DNA of 64,000 nt from a virus. The position numbers and the translations under genes are program-made. The stretch lies in the UHGV virus genome UHGV-1497419; one strand, written 5' to 3'. Below the pieces are notes generated by a model. The model made no database searches. It was not told the DNA's origin and saw only the letters and a list, made by a program, of their open reading frames with translations. Numbering within the stretch: position 1 is the first letter of the stretch; every line of letters starts with the position of its first letter. Of the stretch, positions 1 through 8,538 are shown one piece after another.

Positions 1-40
1 AGGGGGAGAGGGGTTGGTCTGGCTCTCTATAAAAACCTAC

Positions 41-179
41 CTGCACAATTCTAAAATGATTTTTCTTGCCCGACCTGAGCGGGGTCTGCACGTTTTGAAA
101 ATGATTTTTCTATCCGGCGATGAGATTTTTGGGGATATCTGTACAGACCCCTACAGATACCTGCACAAATTGAAAATGA
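41..179. repeat. three direct copies of a ~19-bp element CTGCAC-N5-(T/G)AAAATGA at 41-59, 86-104 and 161-179
   Basis: Read directly from the sequence; non-coding DNA downstream of the last leftward gene; the overlapping 61-aa plus ORF (14-199) is probably spurious. Confidence 0.5.
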
Positions 180-180
180 A

Positions 181-229
181 AAAGGCCGCCTTACCTTAAA
201 TTTTTCAATGGGTTAGGCAGCCTTCTTAG
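181..229 (-). terminator. putative terminator hairpin (AAGGCCGCC / GGCAGCCTT, long loop) followed by a T-run on the minus strand
   Basis: Inverted repeat with an A-run on the plus strand immediately downstream of the 258-1037 gene; the 25-nt loop is atypically long. Confidence 0.3.
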
Positions 230-257
230 ATGATTTGCAGATACTGTGAAGTACTAA

Positions 258-1037
258 TCAGCTTATGAATTTGAACTTTTTAGAGTACAGCAAGTAACAA
301 ACTTCATCCTGATTTGTTGTGTAGATGTATGCTGCTGGATGATTACCAAAGAACACCCCTTCGTATCGCCCAAATGGGTCCACTGAGAACATCTCACTGT
401 CACACATACCCATTTCACCAACCAGAGGGTAACTAATCTCCACCTTACCTTCTGCAAGCTGATAGAGGGTAACTTGATTAGTCTTACCATCACTGAGAAC
501 AACACCATCATAAAATTGTGGTGCTGAGGTAGCATACTTAGGGGTAACTACACTTGCCATCTCTTTATCATAGACGTAAAGGTACACATCAACATTGTGC
601 ATGACACTATTAATGATGCTTTTTACAGCCTCCGCATCTAAACCACCAATACCTGCACCAATCATAGGTAATCCAATTTTACGGATAGAGTTCATCCAGC
701 AAAACTTGCGGAGTTTTTCCAGTGCCTCTACTAAGTATCGGTATGATGCGCACTTCCCAACATCCAACTGTGTGTATAGGTTAAAAATGTAACCGTACTC
801 CGTTCGAGCATGTGACACTTCACCAATCATCTGGTAGCCGATATCATGAGCACTGTAGCCAAATTTCTTATGGAATTTCCGGTCAGCTTCTTCAGCTTTT
901 GGGAAAATCTTAGCAATTTTTTGAGCGATTCCAGCACCCATGAGGTTACGACAGTTGCAACCATGAGCAATTAACTCAATATCTGTGTTTTTGAAGGCAG
1001 ATAGTAAGTTACCTTTCACAACTTTTACAATACCCAT
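258..1037 (-). CDS. macrodomain protein, TARG1/OARD1-like ADP-ribose hydrolase family, with a ~110-aa C-terminal extension of unknown function
   Basis: N-terminal region VKGNLLSA...TDIELIAHGCNCRNLMGAGIAQKIAKIFP and later IGLPMIGAGIGGLDAEAV match the pattern I recall for OARD1/TARG1-type macrodomains; not confirmed by search. Confidence 0.55.
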   Translation of the reverse strand: MGIVKVVKGNLLSAFKNTDIELIAHGCNCRNLMGAGIAQKIAKIFPKAEEADRKFHKKFGYSAHDIGYQMIGEVSHARTEYGYIFNLYTQLDVGKCASYRYLVEALEKLRKFCWMNSIRKIGLPMIGAGIGGLDAEAVKSIINSVMHNVDVYLYVYDKEMASVVTPKYATSAPQFYDGVVLSDGKTNQVTLYQLAEGKVEISYPLVGEMGMCDSEMFSVDPFGRYEGVFFGNHPAAYIYTTNQDEVCYLLYSKKFKFIS

Positions 1038-1238
1038 TTAACATCTCTCCCAAGATTCTTTATCTTCTGAAGGTTTTACACGTTGCCCTTCGTGGTCTAC
1101 CCAGATACACCCACAGCCTTCACAGATTACTGGCATTGCATAACCAGCTTTAAAGTCATCTTCAGTGATAAGACCTTTTAAGTCGCCTGTATCACGTCCG
1201 AACATTTCGATAGAACAGTCTTTGCAGAAGTCAGCCAT
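1038..1238 (-). CDS. hypothetical small zinc-ribbon protein (CxxC...CxGC)
   Basis: 66-aa ORF with paired cysteine motifs, tightly packed in the operon. Confidence 0.35.
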   Translation of the reverse strand: MADFCKDCSIEMFGRDTGDLKGLITEDDFKAGYAMPVICEGCGCIWVDHEGQRVKPSEDKESWERC

Positions 1239-1250
1239 ATAATATACACC

Positions 1251-1478
1251 TTATAGTTCAGTTTCTCGTAATTCTTTACCTTCATCATAGAAGCATTTAT
1301 AAAATGTATCTATAGAAATTCTGGCAAAGGTAAGGTCTTCAAAGTATTCTTCTGGAGTTATCCCTGTAAAACTAAAACTATCGAGATTGTAAAATGGTAT
1401 CACTGTGTCGTTACTAACGAAAACACATGCTGATGTAACTTCTCCAGTGTCTTTATCAATTACCTCTAGAGCTTTCAT
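1251..1478 (-). CDS. hypothetical protein
   Basis: 75-aa ORF in the co-directional gene array. Confidence 0.3.
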   Translation of the reverse strand: MKALEVIDKDTGEVTSACVFVSNDTVIPFYNLDSFSFTGITPEEYFEDLTFARISIDTFYKCFYDEGKELRETEL

Positions 1479-1779
1479 AGTTTACCTTCTCAGTTAGCTC
1501 ATATAAATCAACATGCTCAATACTATCAATGTTGATGTCAATCTTTTTGAAACGTTCTATCACTTCGTTGTCAGTCATCCATATCAGACACCAATGGTTC
1601 TGAATGGATTCTTCAAGAAGTTCAACACAATCTTTAAAAGTTTTTGTATCACTTCTTGTGCCTACTACTGCGATTGTTCCATATAGCCACTTACCATTGC
1701 CATAAGATACTTGTGCTACGCCAACTTCTTTACCTTTCTCGTAGTAAACGGCTACAAAGTCTCTTCCATTAATCTGCAT
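1456..1779 (-). CDS. hypothetical protein
   Basis: 107-aa ORF in the co-directional gene array. Confidence 0.35.
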   Translation of the reverse strand: MQINGRDFVAVYYEKGKEVGVAQVSYGNGKWLYGTIAVVGTRSDTKTFKDCVELLEESIQNHWCLIWMTDNEVIERFKKIDINIDSIEHVDLYELTEKVNYESSRGN

Positions 1780-1781
1780 AG

Positions 1782-2051
1782 TTACTTCCTCGTTTTAAGA
1801 ACTGCTAAGATTTCTTTAGAGTCTGGTAAGAACCATGTGTAGTGATTCTCTTTGATTTCTGGATGAGTGTCAACCTTTATTTTGCACTCTTTACCAACAT
1901 GCTTAAGCTGTGCTGTGACACCTTGCATAAAGATATGGCACATCACATTATCCATAATGGTTGGTATGAAGTCAATTCGCATATAAGTTTCTTTTGGTCG
2001 CGGTAACAGTAAGTACCCTTCTACGTAAAAAGTATCTTCATTCTCTGTCAT
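1782..2051 (-). CDS. hypothetical protein
   Basis: 89-aa ORF; its start overlaps the stop of the next gene by 4 nt. Confidence 0.35.
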   Translation of the reverse strand: MTENEDTFYVEGYLLLPRPKETYMRIDFIPTIMDNVMCHIFMQGVTAQLKHVGKECKIKVDTHPEIKENHYTWFLPDSKEILAVLKTRK

Positions 2052-2317
2052 TGCTGTTTATTTCCTAATAAAATCATATCAATAAGGTTATTAGCTTTGA
2101 TTGTGCACTGGTAAAATCCATCACGATAGAACTCAAGGGCTGCTGCCACATCACTACCAGTATTACCTTTGATAGTGAATCTTGAATCTTCTTGAGTGTA
2201 CTTATCACTCTCACTTACTTGGGAGTTTTTGAATGTACTGTTCACTTTGTTCGTTGAACACCCTGACATAATTATCAGTAACACAAACATTATAAAACTC
2301 TGGCTTAGTTTTTTCAT
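2048..2317 (-). CDS. putative o-spanin (outer-membrane lipoprotein)
   Basis: Signal peptide with lipobox-like IMSGC; the gene starts inside the 3' part of the upstream TM/coiled-coil gene in another frame (overlapped spanin architecture). Confidence 0.4.
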   Translation of the reverse strand: MKKLSQSFIMFVLLIIMSGCSTNKVNSTFKNSQVSESDKYTQEDSRFTIKGNTGSDVAAALEFYRDGFYQCTIKANNLIDMILLGNKQQ

Positions 2318-2558
2318 ATGTTAGTACCTCTTTTGTGTGCTTATTCTTAGCAAGCACATCTTTCAAATCATTTTTGTAATTGGTGCTGAGTGTGGCTAAA
2401 CCTTCCTGATAAGCATCTTTGGCAACACTTATTAGTTTCTCATTATTTAGCTCAGTTTCAGCAACTTGGTAGTCTCTGTAAGAGTATCCTCCCCAGACAC
2501 CTGCCCCAACTAAGAAAACAATTATGAAAGTAGCTTGACAAAACTCTTTAAATGTCAT
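2211..2558 (-). CDS. putative i-spanin (N-terminal TM helix plus periplasmic coiled coil)
   Basis: Hydrophobic N-terminal segment FIIVFLVGAGVWGG then a charged helical region; overlapped by the lipoprotein gene; adjacent to the lytic transglycosylase. Confidence 0.4.
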   Translation of the reverse strand: MTFKEFCQATFIIVFLVGAGVWGGYSYRDYQVAETELNNEKLISVAKDAYQEGLATLSTNYKNDLKDVLAKNKHTKEVLTYEKTKPEFYNVCVTDNYVRVFNEQSEQYIQKLPSK

Positions 2559-2575
2559 TTAACAATCTCCTGAAA

Positions 2576-2599
2576 TGAAAAAGGCTCCCTAAGGAGCCT
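2576..2599 (-). terminator. rho-independent terminator (GGCTCC-ctaa-GGAGCC plus T-run on minus strand)
   Basis: Perfect 6-7 bp GC-rich stem with a tetraloop; the A-run on the plus strand gives a U-run after the stem on minus-strand RNA. Confidence 0.55.
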
Positions 2600-2610
2600 G
2601 TATCTTAACC

Positions 2611-3075
2611 TTAACCGAGGACTTTAGCAAGGATATTCGCAGCCATCGAAGAAGCTTTTGCAGCAGCAACTACGCCAGCTTTGACAGTGCTATCCTTAAT
2701 AGCAGATACCGTTGCAGCATCAGTAAAGAGATAAGTGATTGTTTTAGAACCACTTGTAAAGGAAAGCATAAGAGTAGTTTCCAGATTGAAAGAGCGATAC
2801 GGAGCACCTTCTTTAACGATACCTTCAGCACCTAACTCTGAAGCCTTACCCATATCATAGATAGTCATCAGGTTTTCTTTGTGTGCAGTCGTTGAACCAG
2901 CACCTTTTACGTGTTTTTTAACATTCAATAATGCACGATATTCACGAATGCTGCCATCAGCTTTTACATTAACAGCACGAAAAATTTTACCTTCAAAGTT
3001 ACCTTGAATCATTTTACGAACTATTGCAGATTTGTTTGCCGTATCGTCCAGTGCTACCGTAATGATATTATTCAT
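2611..3075 (-). CDS. hypothetical protein
   Basis: 154-aa ORF followed by a strong terminator. Confidence 0.4.
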   Translation of the reverse strand: MNNIITVALDDTANKSAIVRKMIQGNFEGKIFRAVNVKADGSIREYRALLNVKKHVKGAGSTTAHKENLMTIYDMGKASELGAEGIVKEGAPYRSFNLETTLMLSFTSGSKTITYLFTDAATVSAIKDSTVKAGVVAAAKASSMAANILAKVLG

Positions 3076-3085
3076 AAGTTTTCTC

Positions 3086-3781
3086 TCAATGTTTAACTAA
3101 CATGGTTTTAATGTGTGGAAGGATTCTGTTCACCTTCTGCACATTCTTCTCTGTATCTTCTATAAAGCATACTATATTAAAGTAAGGCAGAATGCAAGAC
3201 TGAATCATCCTCACTTTCAAACTTTCTGCACTTATAGAGTTAGCCCCAAAACCACGCATAAAAAGCATGTAGTCATGCTCTGTGTTATGCCTTAAAAACA
3301 TCTCAGTAGGTATTCTCTGAGATTCACCTCTCGCTGTCAAGAGTCCAACAGCAGCATGATTAGCAATTGCATCAATGATATTGAAAACATACGTTGGCTT
3401 TGCTCTTACAGAATCAAGAAGATTGGTATACTGTGAGAATGAACCATCAGTCAATTCCGTTGAGCAATCTTCGTGATTAAAATTTGTAAGAACACCATCA
3501 ATATCTGCTAAGATGAGATTCCCTTTTTCTACAAGGTCTTTATTGACTATGACTAAGCTATCACGACTTACACCTATAGTTTGTCCAGTCTCTTTATCTA
3601 CAACATTCACAATTGGCTCTGATGTGTGAAACTCTTCTAGTGAACATACAACTTCTCTTGCAGTGTCTTCAAAATCCCTACACTGTTCTGGAGTCCATAC
3701 ACAGGAATCAAGACCTAACTCATGAGGATGTAAGTCATAAGCATGACACAGTACTTCATCAGACTTTCTTAATTTTTTCAT
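3086..3781 (-). CDS. HAD-superfamily phosphatase (possible nucleotidase)
   Basis: HAD motif I-like ILADIDGVLT; T5-like phages encode a HAD deoxynucleotidase, so this is a plausible analogue (inference). Confidence 0.4.
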   Translation of the reverse strand: MKKLRKSDEVLCHAYDLHPHELGLDSCVWTPEQCRDFEDTAREVVCSLEEFHTSEPIVNVVDKETGQTIGVSRDSLVIVNKDLVEKGNLILADIDGVLTNFNHEDCSTELTDGSFSQYTNLLDSVRAKPTYVFNIIDAIANHAAVGLLTARGESQRIPTEMFLRHNTEHDYMLFMRGFGANSISAESLKVRMIQSCILPYFNIVCFIEDTEKNVQKVNRILPHIKTMLVKH

Positions 3782-4307
3782 GATTTACCTTAGAAATGTT
3801 TGTTGCAAATTCACATTGAGCAATTACTTTCATGTTGTTATAGACATCTTGAGAATATTTCTTAGCTTTAGGGATTCTGTACGAATACCCAGCATTATAT
3901 GATGCTAAAACTTTTTGTAAAGTCTTCTTTGACTTTGGCTGACCATGCACCTTTGTCCAAAACTCAAGCTCTTTGTGAGTTTCCTTCGCAGCATAGTCAA
4001 AGTCTTTTAAGAGTTTCTTTTTAGCCACATTAGGACTAATTTTGTTACGCTTTACAACAGTCTTCAAGTGATTCTGGAAAATACCATAATCATGTGTCTT
4101 TTTATTCTCTACCTTCAGACCTAACTCTGACTCTTGTAAGGCTATAGCAGCTAGAGTGATACCCCAACCTTTACCCATGTTATTCTCACCATACTGGTAA
4201 GCTTTTAACATGTTTACTTTTTGGCTAATTGATAGCTCTGGGCAGTCAACTGCATAAGATAAGTGTGCTGTAAACATTAAGCACAAACCTAGAATCAATT
4301 TCTTCAT
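3759..4307 (-). CDS. lytic transglycosylase with N-terminal signal peptide (candidate endolysin)
   Basis: Signal peptide MKKLILGLCLMFTAHLSYA; SLT-like core AAIALQESELG...YGIFQ; next to the spanin pair. Confidence 0.5.
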   Translation of the reverse strand: MKKLILGLCLMFTAHLSYAVDCPELSISQKVNMLKAYQYGENNMGKGWGITLAAIALQESELGLKVENKKTHDYGIFQNHLKTVVKRNKISPNVAKKKLLKDFDYAAKETHKELEFWTKVHGQPKSKKTLQKVLASYNAGYSYRIPKAKKYSQDVYNNMKVIAQCEFATNISKVNHEKIKKV

Positions 4308-4368
4308 TGGTTCTCCTGTTTAGTTTATCGTGACAACAATTATACAGTACTCTGCACAAAACACAAAT

Positions 4369-4394
4369 AAAAAAGGCCGCCGAAGCAGCCTTTT
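4369..4394 (-). terminator. terminator hairpin (GGCUGC-UUCG-GCGGCC on minus RNA) flanked by T-runs on both strands
   Basis: Inverted repeat with a UUCG tetraloop and one G-U pair, immediately after the rIIB-like stop. Confidence 0.45.
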
Positions 4395-4407
4395 AAGAAA
4401 TTACTTA

Positions 4408-5517
4408 TTAGATTTCACGTTTACGTTGGGAGATAAGTTCTCCAGCAGTACCAACGATGACATGTAAAGCTTCAGTCTTGCCATCCCATGCTTTCAGCAC
4501 TTTACGTTGATTATCAACGATTGCTGCAACTTCATAACGAGACGAGCGCATCTTCATATCGTTGTAATCAGTTGGTACGGATACAACGTCTCGTGGATGG
4601 ACACGAACCTTCAGAATTGTATCACCTGAGAAACAACGAACATAATCCCAAGCACCAACATGAAGACCTTGAGAGCAAGTCACGTTACGGTTATTATCAA
4701 CCATCCAACGTGGCATTTCTACAATGTTACCCAAATCATTAGGTACTCTGTAGGTGTGGGAGTCAACCAGCTTGCCTTCACGAGTAGATACTTTCTTCCA
4801 ACCAATGATGTAGCCTTCTTCATCAATTTCAACATCAAGGTGAGATACGAAGCCCCAAAGTTGTTCTACGGAATCTTTAGATGGGTTTTCCATCAGTTTT
4901 TCGAAGAACATCACAAGACGTTCGAAACCTTTATCTCCAGTCTTCATCATGTGAAGAATACGGTCAACCAGAGTAGAACGCATCTCAACAGCACCGTAGA
5001 ATAACTTGTCACCTTTGATTGTGATAGCACCCTGAGTGAAGTTTTCGATAGACTTACGAATGTTCATCAGTTCAAAGGCTTTCTTGAACTCACCTTTCAC
5101 AACATGAACTACAATCTCTTGATAGTTCGGATGAGTAGATTCAACAATTTCAGACTCTGAACCGTAAGTCATAATTACAGAGTCGCCAGTAATCATGTAC
5201 TCAATCTTGTCATCTTTCTGCATAGCTTCGTGCAGTTTATTTACCGGAGCTTTCTGTACATCCTCTTTAACAGCCTTTTTAACTGGCTTGTCAGCTTTCT
5301 TTTTAAAGGTCTTAGCAACTTGCTTCAGAGTCTTCGTAGCTGGTGTAGAAGTCGCCTTCTTATTCCCTTTTAAGGTTGCTTCATGACGCTCTACGGCACG
5401 ACCGACTGAACGGGTTGAGGTGTTAAATTTCTGTGCAATAGCGGTTTTAGTCAGCTTGCCCTCTTTAACCAGTTTGTAAATTTCTGCGTCAATCTGTGCT
5501 TTAGTTTTAGTAGTCAT
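4408..5517 (-). CDS. rIIB: rIIB-like protein (putative), N-terminal HTH-like segment
   Basis: Sits immediately downstream of the rIIA-like gene as in T4; similar size class; no diagnostic motif recognised, so the call is positional. Confidence 0.35.
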   Translation of the reverse strand: MTTKTKAQIDAEIYKLVKEGKLTKTAIAQKFNTSTRSVGRAVERHEATLKGNKKATSTPATKTLKQVAKTFKKKADKPVKKAVKEDVQKAPVNKLHEAMQKDDKIEYMITGDSVIMTYGSESEIVESTHPNYQEIVVHVVKGEFKKAFELMNIRKSIENFTQGAITIKGDKLFYGAVEMRSTLVDRILHMMKTGDKGFERLVMFFEKLMENPSKDSVEQLWGFVSHLDVEIDEEGYIIGWKKVSTREGKLVDSHTYRVPNDLGNIVEMPRWMVDNNRNVTCSQGLHVGAWDYVRCFSGDTILKVRVHPRDVVSVPTDYNDMKMRSSRYEVAAIVDNQRKVLKAWDGKTEALHVIVGTAGELISQRKREI

Positions 5518-5596
5518 CTTATTACTCTCTCTTGTTAGTTAATAAATCATTTTGTGATGCTATTTTAAGGGGCTTTGAAGCCCCTTGTCAAACACT

Positions 5597-7963
5597 TTAA
5601 TCGTAAATTGTAGTCCCTTCTGGAACACATTTTACATCAAAGCCTAAGAACTTACTCACTTCGATGGGTGACACTTTATTCCAATCTAAATGAGAAAGCA
5701 AGAAGTTTTCTTGTTTTCTTTTTGAAAGGTAGTTTGTCACCTTAATGACCATACGGTCACCAGCTTTCTTAATTTTCTTGTACAGCTTTGTATCATTGTC
5801 AAGGCATTCTTTCAAAGTTTGCAATCTACTAACAGTGTAAGTGTATGCAAACGGTGCAGCAACGTATTGGATTTTACCGAACATTGCCTCTACAGCCTCT
5901 TCATTACCTTCTAGGAAGATAGTTTTGTTTGTATCCCGTGAATAGCAATAACCACGAGAAATCTTCCTATTATTGAATGTAAAGTTTCTGGCAATAATCC
6001 AGCTACTTGTAAGGTCAAGAACACCATTCATGTAGATGCGTGTCATATACCTGTTATGATTAATCCAATGAACATCAGTTAAGCTGTCGTTCAAGAGCTT
6101 CTCATCTACTTCAATCCAGTCTTCTGGTATCTTTTTCCAATTTGCTTTTCGGAAAACATAGACTGTCTTTCCAATAACATTAGCAACTGACTTAGCTACA
6201 TCTTCTGGGGATGAGCAAAAACATTCACCATCAACTGTGTCACCAATTGCCTTAATGTAAAGCTGAGGTTCTTCAATTGTGTCTAAGTCCTCTGACACCT
6301 CTTTGTAGGAGGCTACACCTTCTGCTGGAACAGCTTTCCAGAGTTTTACAACACCTCTTACAGCTTCTTTACGCTGGTAATGGTGTTCCTTATCAGACAT
6401 TTTCACAATCTTTAACAAGCTTTTATCAAGTTTGTGTAGATTGATTAAATCATCTAACTCTTTTTCAGTCGAGAATACAAACACAATACCATTATATCTG
6501 TGAAACAGACTGGACTCACTGGCGTAGTCTCGACATGCACCACGCAGAATCTGATTGCGTCCTACAGTCTTCTCAGTTCCGTTTTTATTGCGACGGTCAT
6601 TAATCACGAACAAAAACTGTTCAATTTGGCTTTTACGCATTGCACCAAAGATATTGAACATACTTGCCTCTTGAGTGTAGGAAAGTGCTGTTGCACGAAT
6701 CTTACTCTCTAAAGAGTTGAACTTAACATAAGCAACTGGGTTATAAAGATAATCTACTTTAGGAATGTTGTTTCCGTTCCTATCAACCTTAATATTACCT
6801 TTACCGTCACGTTCATAAATAACTGAGCCGTCTTCTGCGTAGATAATCCCACGACGAATGTTTAGCAATTCTTCTTCCAGAGAATCAAGCTTAACACCGC
6901 CCCACTCTAGCTTTGGACACACAGCATTAAACATCTCTCGTGAGTTCAAACGTAACTCAGCATAAGCCTGTGCAGCATCCATGAGTGTAGGTTGGTTATT
7001 AACTTTCTTGATAACATCCTTTGTAATGGCTTCAGTTATCTTTTTGGTAGCCTCAATGATGACATTTTTTGTCGTATCATTCATCTGCAATGCTTCACGA
7101 GAAGCTGCAATAGCAACTGAACCAATAGGCATGTAGATGTTTACAAGGTCTACGCTCCTACGGAAAAATTCTGGCAATACTTTGAAGAAATCATCACCAA
7201 GTAATGCTTCCATGTTAACAGGGTAGGCAATGTTACCCATCACCACATTAAACTCTGTCCTGTTATCACTAGAACGCCAGCTTAGCTTATGAATCATGGC
7301 ATCATAAACACCCTCTTCACGGGCAATGACGTTCATATCTGCTAATACATCGTTGTACACAATATTACTTTCTGGTTTTACAGCAAAGTATGAGTATACA
7401 TTACCAGCTTCTTCAAAGAACTTTGAGATACGGTGGTCAGCAACTGCCACACGTACAGCTAAACCATTAGGTTCTTTTGTTGGGTTAGTTGTCAGCTTAG
7501 TTACTTGAGGAATACCATTCTCAAGATAAACAGAGTACTTATTAACAACACCATCAACATAGCTAGATACTGTGAATGACTGAGCAATTGCAAATGGTGA
7601 CTTTGAGCCGATACCCATTGCACCAATGTAATCATTAGAGTCATTCTTCGTAGAAGCTCCGTAGTTCAGATACAAACTCATTACTTTGTCATGGGTTAAA
7701 CCAGTTCCAAAGTCACGGACTTCAAAGTAAGGCTCAAACCGAGTAGGTAAATGCACATGGAACGGGATGTTCTCTTTTCCAGCTTCTTTCTGAGCATCTA
7801 CTGCGTTACATGACAGTTCACGAATAACTGCCCTTTCTTTAAATGTGTATACACCAGAACTCAAAAGGCTGAACATTTCAGGTGTCATTGTAATCTGTGC
7901 TTGAGACGTCTCTAAAGAAGTTGAACTCTTAATCACTTCTGCGTGGTCGTTTACCATGCGCAT
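5597..7963 (-). CDS. rIIA: rIIA-like protein with GHKL/HATPase_c ATPase domain
   Basis: N-box E..NAVDA (ELSCNAVDA), G1 box DFGTGL and G2 box GAMGIGSKS in the N-terminal third; 788 aa, comparable to T4 rIIA. Confidence 0.55.
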   Translation of the reverse strand: MRMVNDHAEVIKSSTSLETSQAQITMTPEMFSLLSSGVYTFKERAVIRELSCNAVDAQKEAGKENIPFHVHLPTRFEPYFEVRDFGTGLTHDKVMSLYLNYGASTKNDSNDYIGAMGIGSKSPFAIAQSFTVSSYVDGVVNKYSVYLENGIPQVTKLTTNPTKEPNGLAVRVAVADHRISKFFEEAGNVYSYFAVKPESNIVYNDVLADMNVIAREEGVYDAMIHKLSWRSSDNRTEFNVVMGNIAYPVNMEALLGDDFFKVLPEFFRRSVDLVNIYMPIGSVAIAASREALQMNDTTKNVIIEATKKITEAITKDVIKKVNNQPTLMDAAQAYAELRLNSREMFNAVCPKLEWGGVKLDSLEEELLNIRRGIIYAEDGSVIYERDGKGNIKVDRNGNNIPKVDYLYNPVAYVKFNSLESKIRATALSYTQEASMFNIFGAMRKSQIEQFLFVINDRRNKNGTEKTVGRNQILRGACRDYASESSLFHRYNGIVFVFSTEKELDDLINLHKLDKSLLKIVKMSDKEHHYQRKEAVRGVVKLWKAVPAEGVASYKEVSEDLDTIEEPQLYIKAIGDTVDGECFCSSPEDVAKSVANVIGKTVYVFRKANWKKIPEDWIEVDEKLLNDSLTDVHWINHNRYMTRIYMNGVLDLTSSWIIARNFTFNNRKISRGYCYSRDTNKTIFLEGNEEAVEAMFGKIQYVAAPFAYTYTVSRLQTLKECLDNDTKLYKKIKKAGDRMVIKVTNYLSKRKQENFLLSHLDWNKVSPIEVSKFLGFDVKCVPEGTTIYD

Positions 7964-7991
7964 AATACTTTCCTCTTAGTTTACTGTTAAA

Positions 7992-8168
7992 TCACTTATT
8001 AAACATTTTACCAGAACCACCACAAATAGGGCAACAACCTGCTCTTGTATACCCTTCTCCGTTACAGTAGTCACACTTTTTGTGTTCTGCAAAGTACTTA
8101 CAAAGAAGGCAAACAAATATTGCTACACTACCAAGTGACAGTAAAATTTCTATCCAATACGCTTGCAT
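7992..8168 (-). CDS. small membrane protein with two DnaJ-type CxxCxGxG zinc-finger repeats (58 aa; below the ORF-track length cut-off)
   Basis: Hand translation: MQAYWIEILLSLGSVAIFVCLLCKYFAEHKKCDYCNGEGYTRAGCCPICGGSGKMFNK; ATG at 8168, stop at 7992-7994. Confidence 0.3.
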   Translation of the reverse strand: MQAYWIEILLSLGSVAIFVCLLCKYFAEHKKCDYCNGEGYTRAGCCPICGGSGKMFNK

Positions 8169-8485
8169 GACTCACCTCTCATATTCTTGTAAAGGATAAA
8201 GCTTCTGTCATGGACGATACTTGTAGACACTGCAAAGTTACTTTCAAGCATCTGTTTGTTTGGATTGTAGAAGCTTTCTTTAAACTCGTCAAGTGCAAAT
8301 TGGTGATGTTGCGGAAGACCTTTTACACAGACCTTTATTGTGATTGCTGCTGCGACCTTGCCAGTCAGTTCTTCTTGAGCTGCTACCAAGATTTTGTTAA
8401 GGAACTTATGACCATCTTCAGGCTTCTTGATGTTCTCCCAACGTTCTTCTAAGACAATGTTGATGTTCATCTCTTTGATTTTCAT
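8150..8485 (-). CDS. hypothetical protein
   Basis: 111-aa ORF between the NAMPT-like gene and the rIIA-like gene. Confidence 0.35.
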   Translation of the reverse strand: MKIKEMNINIVLEERWENIKKPEDGHKFLNKILVAAQEELTGKVAAAITIKVCVKGLPQHHQFALDEFKESFYNPNKQMLESNFAVSTSIVHDRSFILYKNMRGESCKRIG

Positions 8486-8502
8486 AGTTTTCTCCAGAAA
8501 TT

Positions 8503-8524
8503 AAAAAGGCTCCCGTAGGAGCCT
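8503..8524 (-). terminator. rho-independent terminator (AGGCTCC-cgta-GGAGCCT plus T-run on minus strand)
   Basis: Perfect 7-bp stem and A-run on the plus strand, directly after the NAMPT-like stop. Confidence 0.55.
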
Positions 8525-8538
8525 CTTATCATATACTT

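Noticed and set aside
14-199. 61-aa plus-strand ORF at the left end
   Set aside because: It is built from the iterated CTGCAC...GAAAATGA repeat units, lacks a convincing ribosome-binding site, and lies downstream of a leftward operon; more likely non-coding regulatory DNA.
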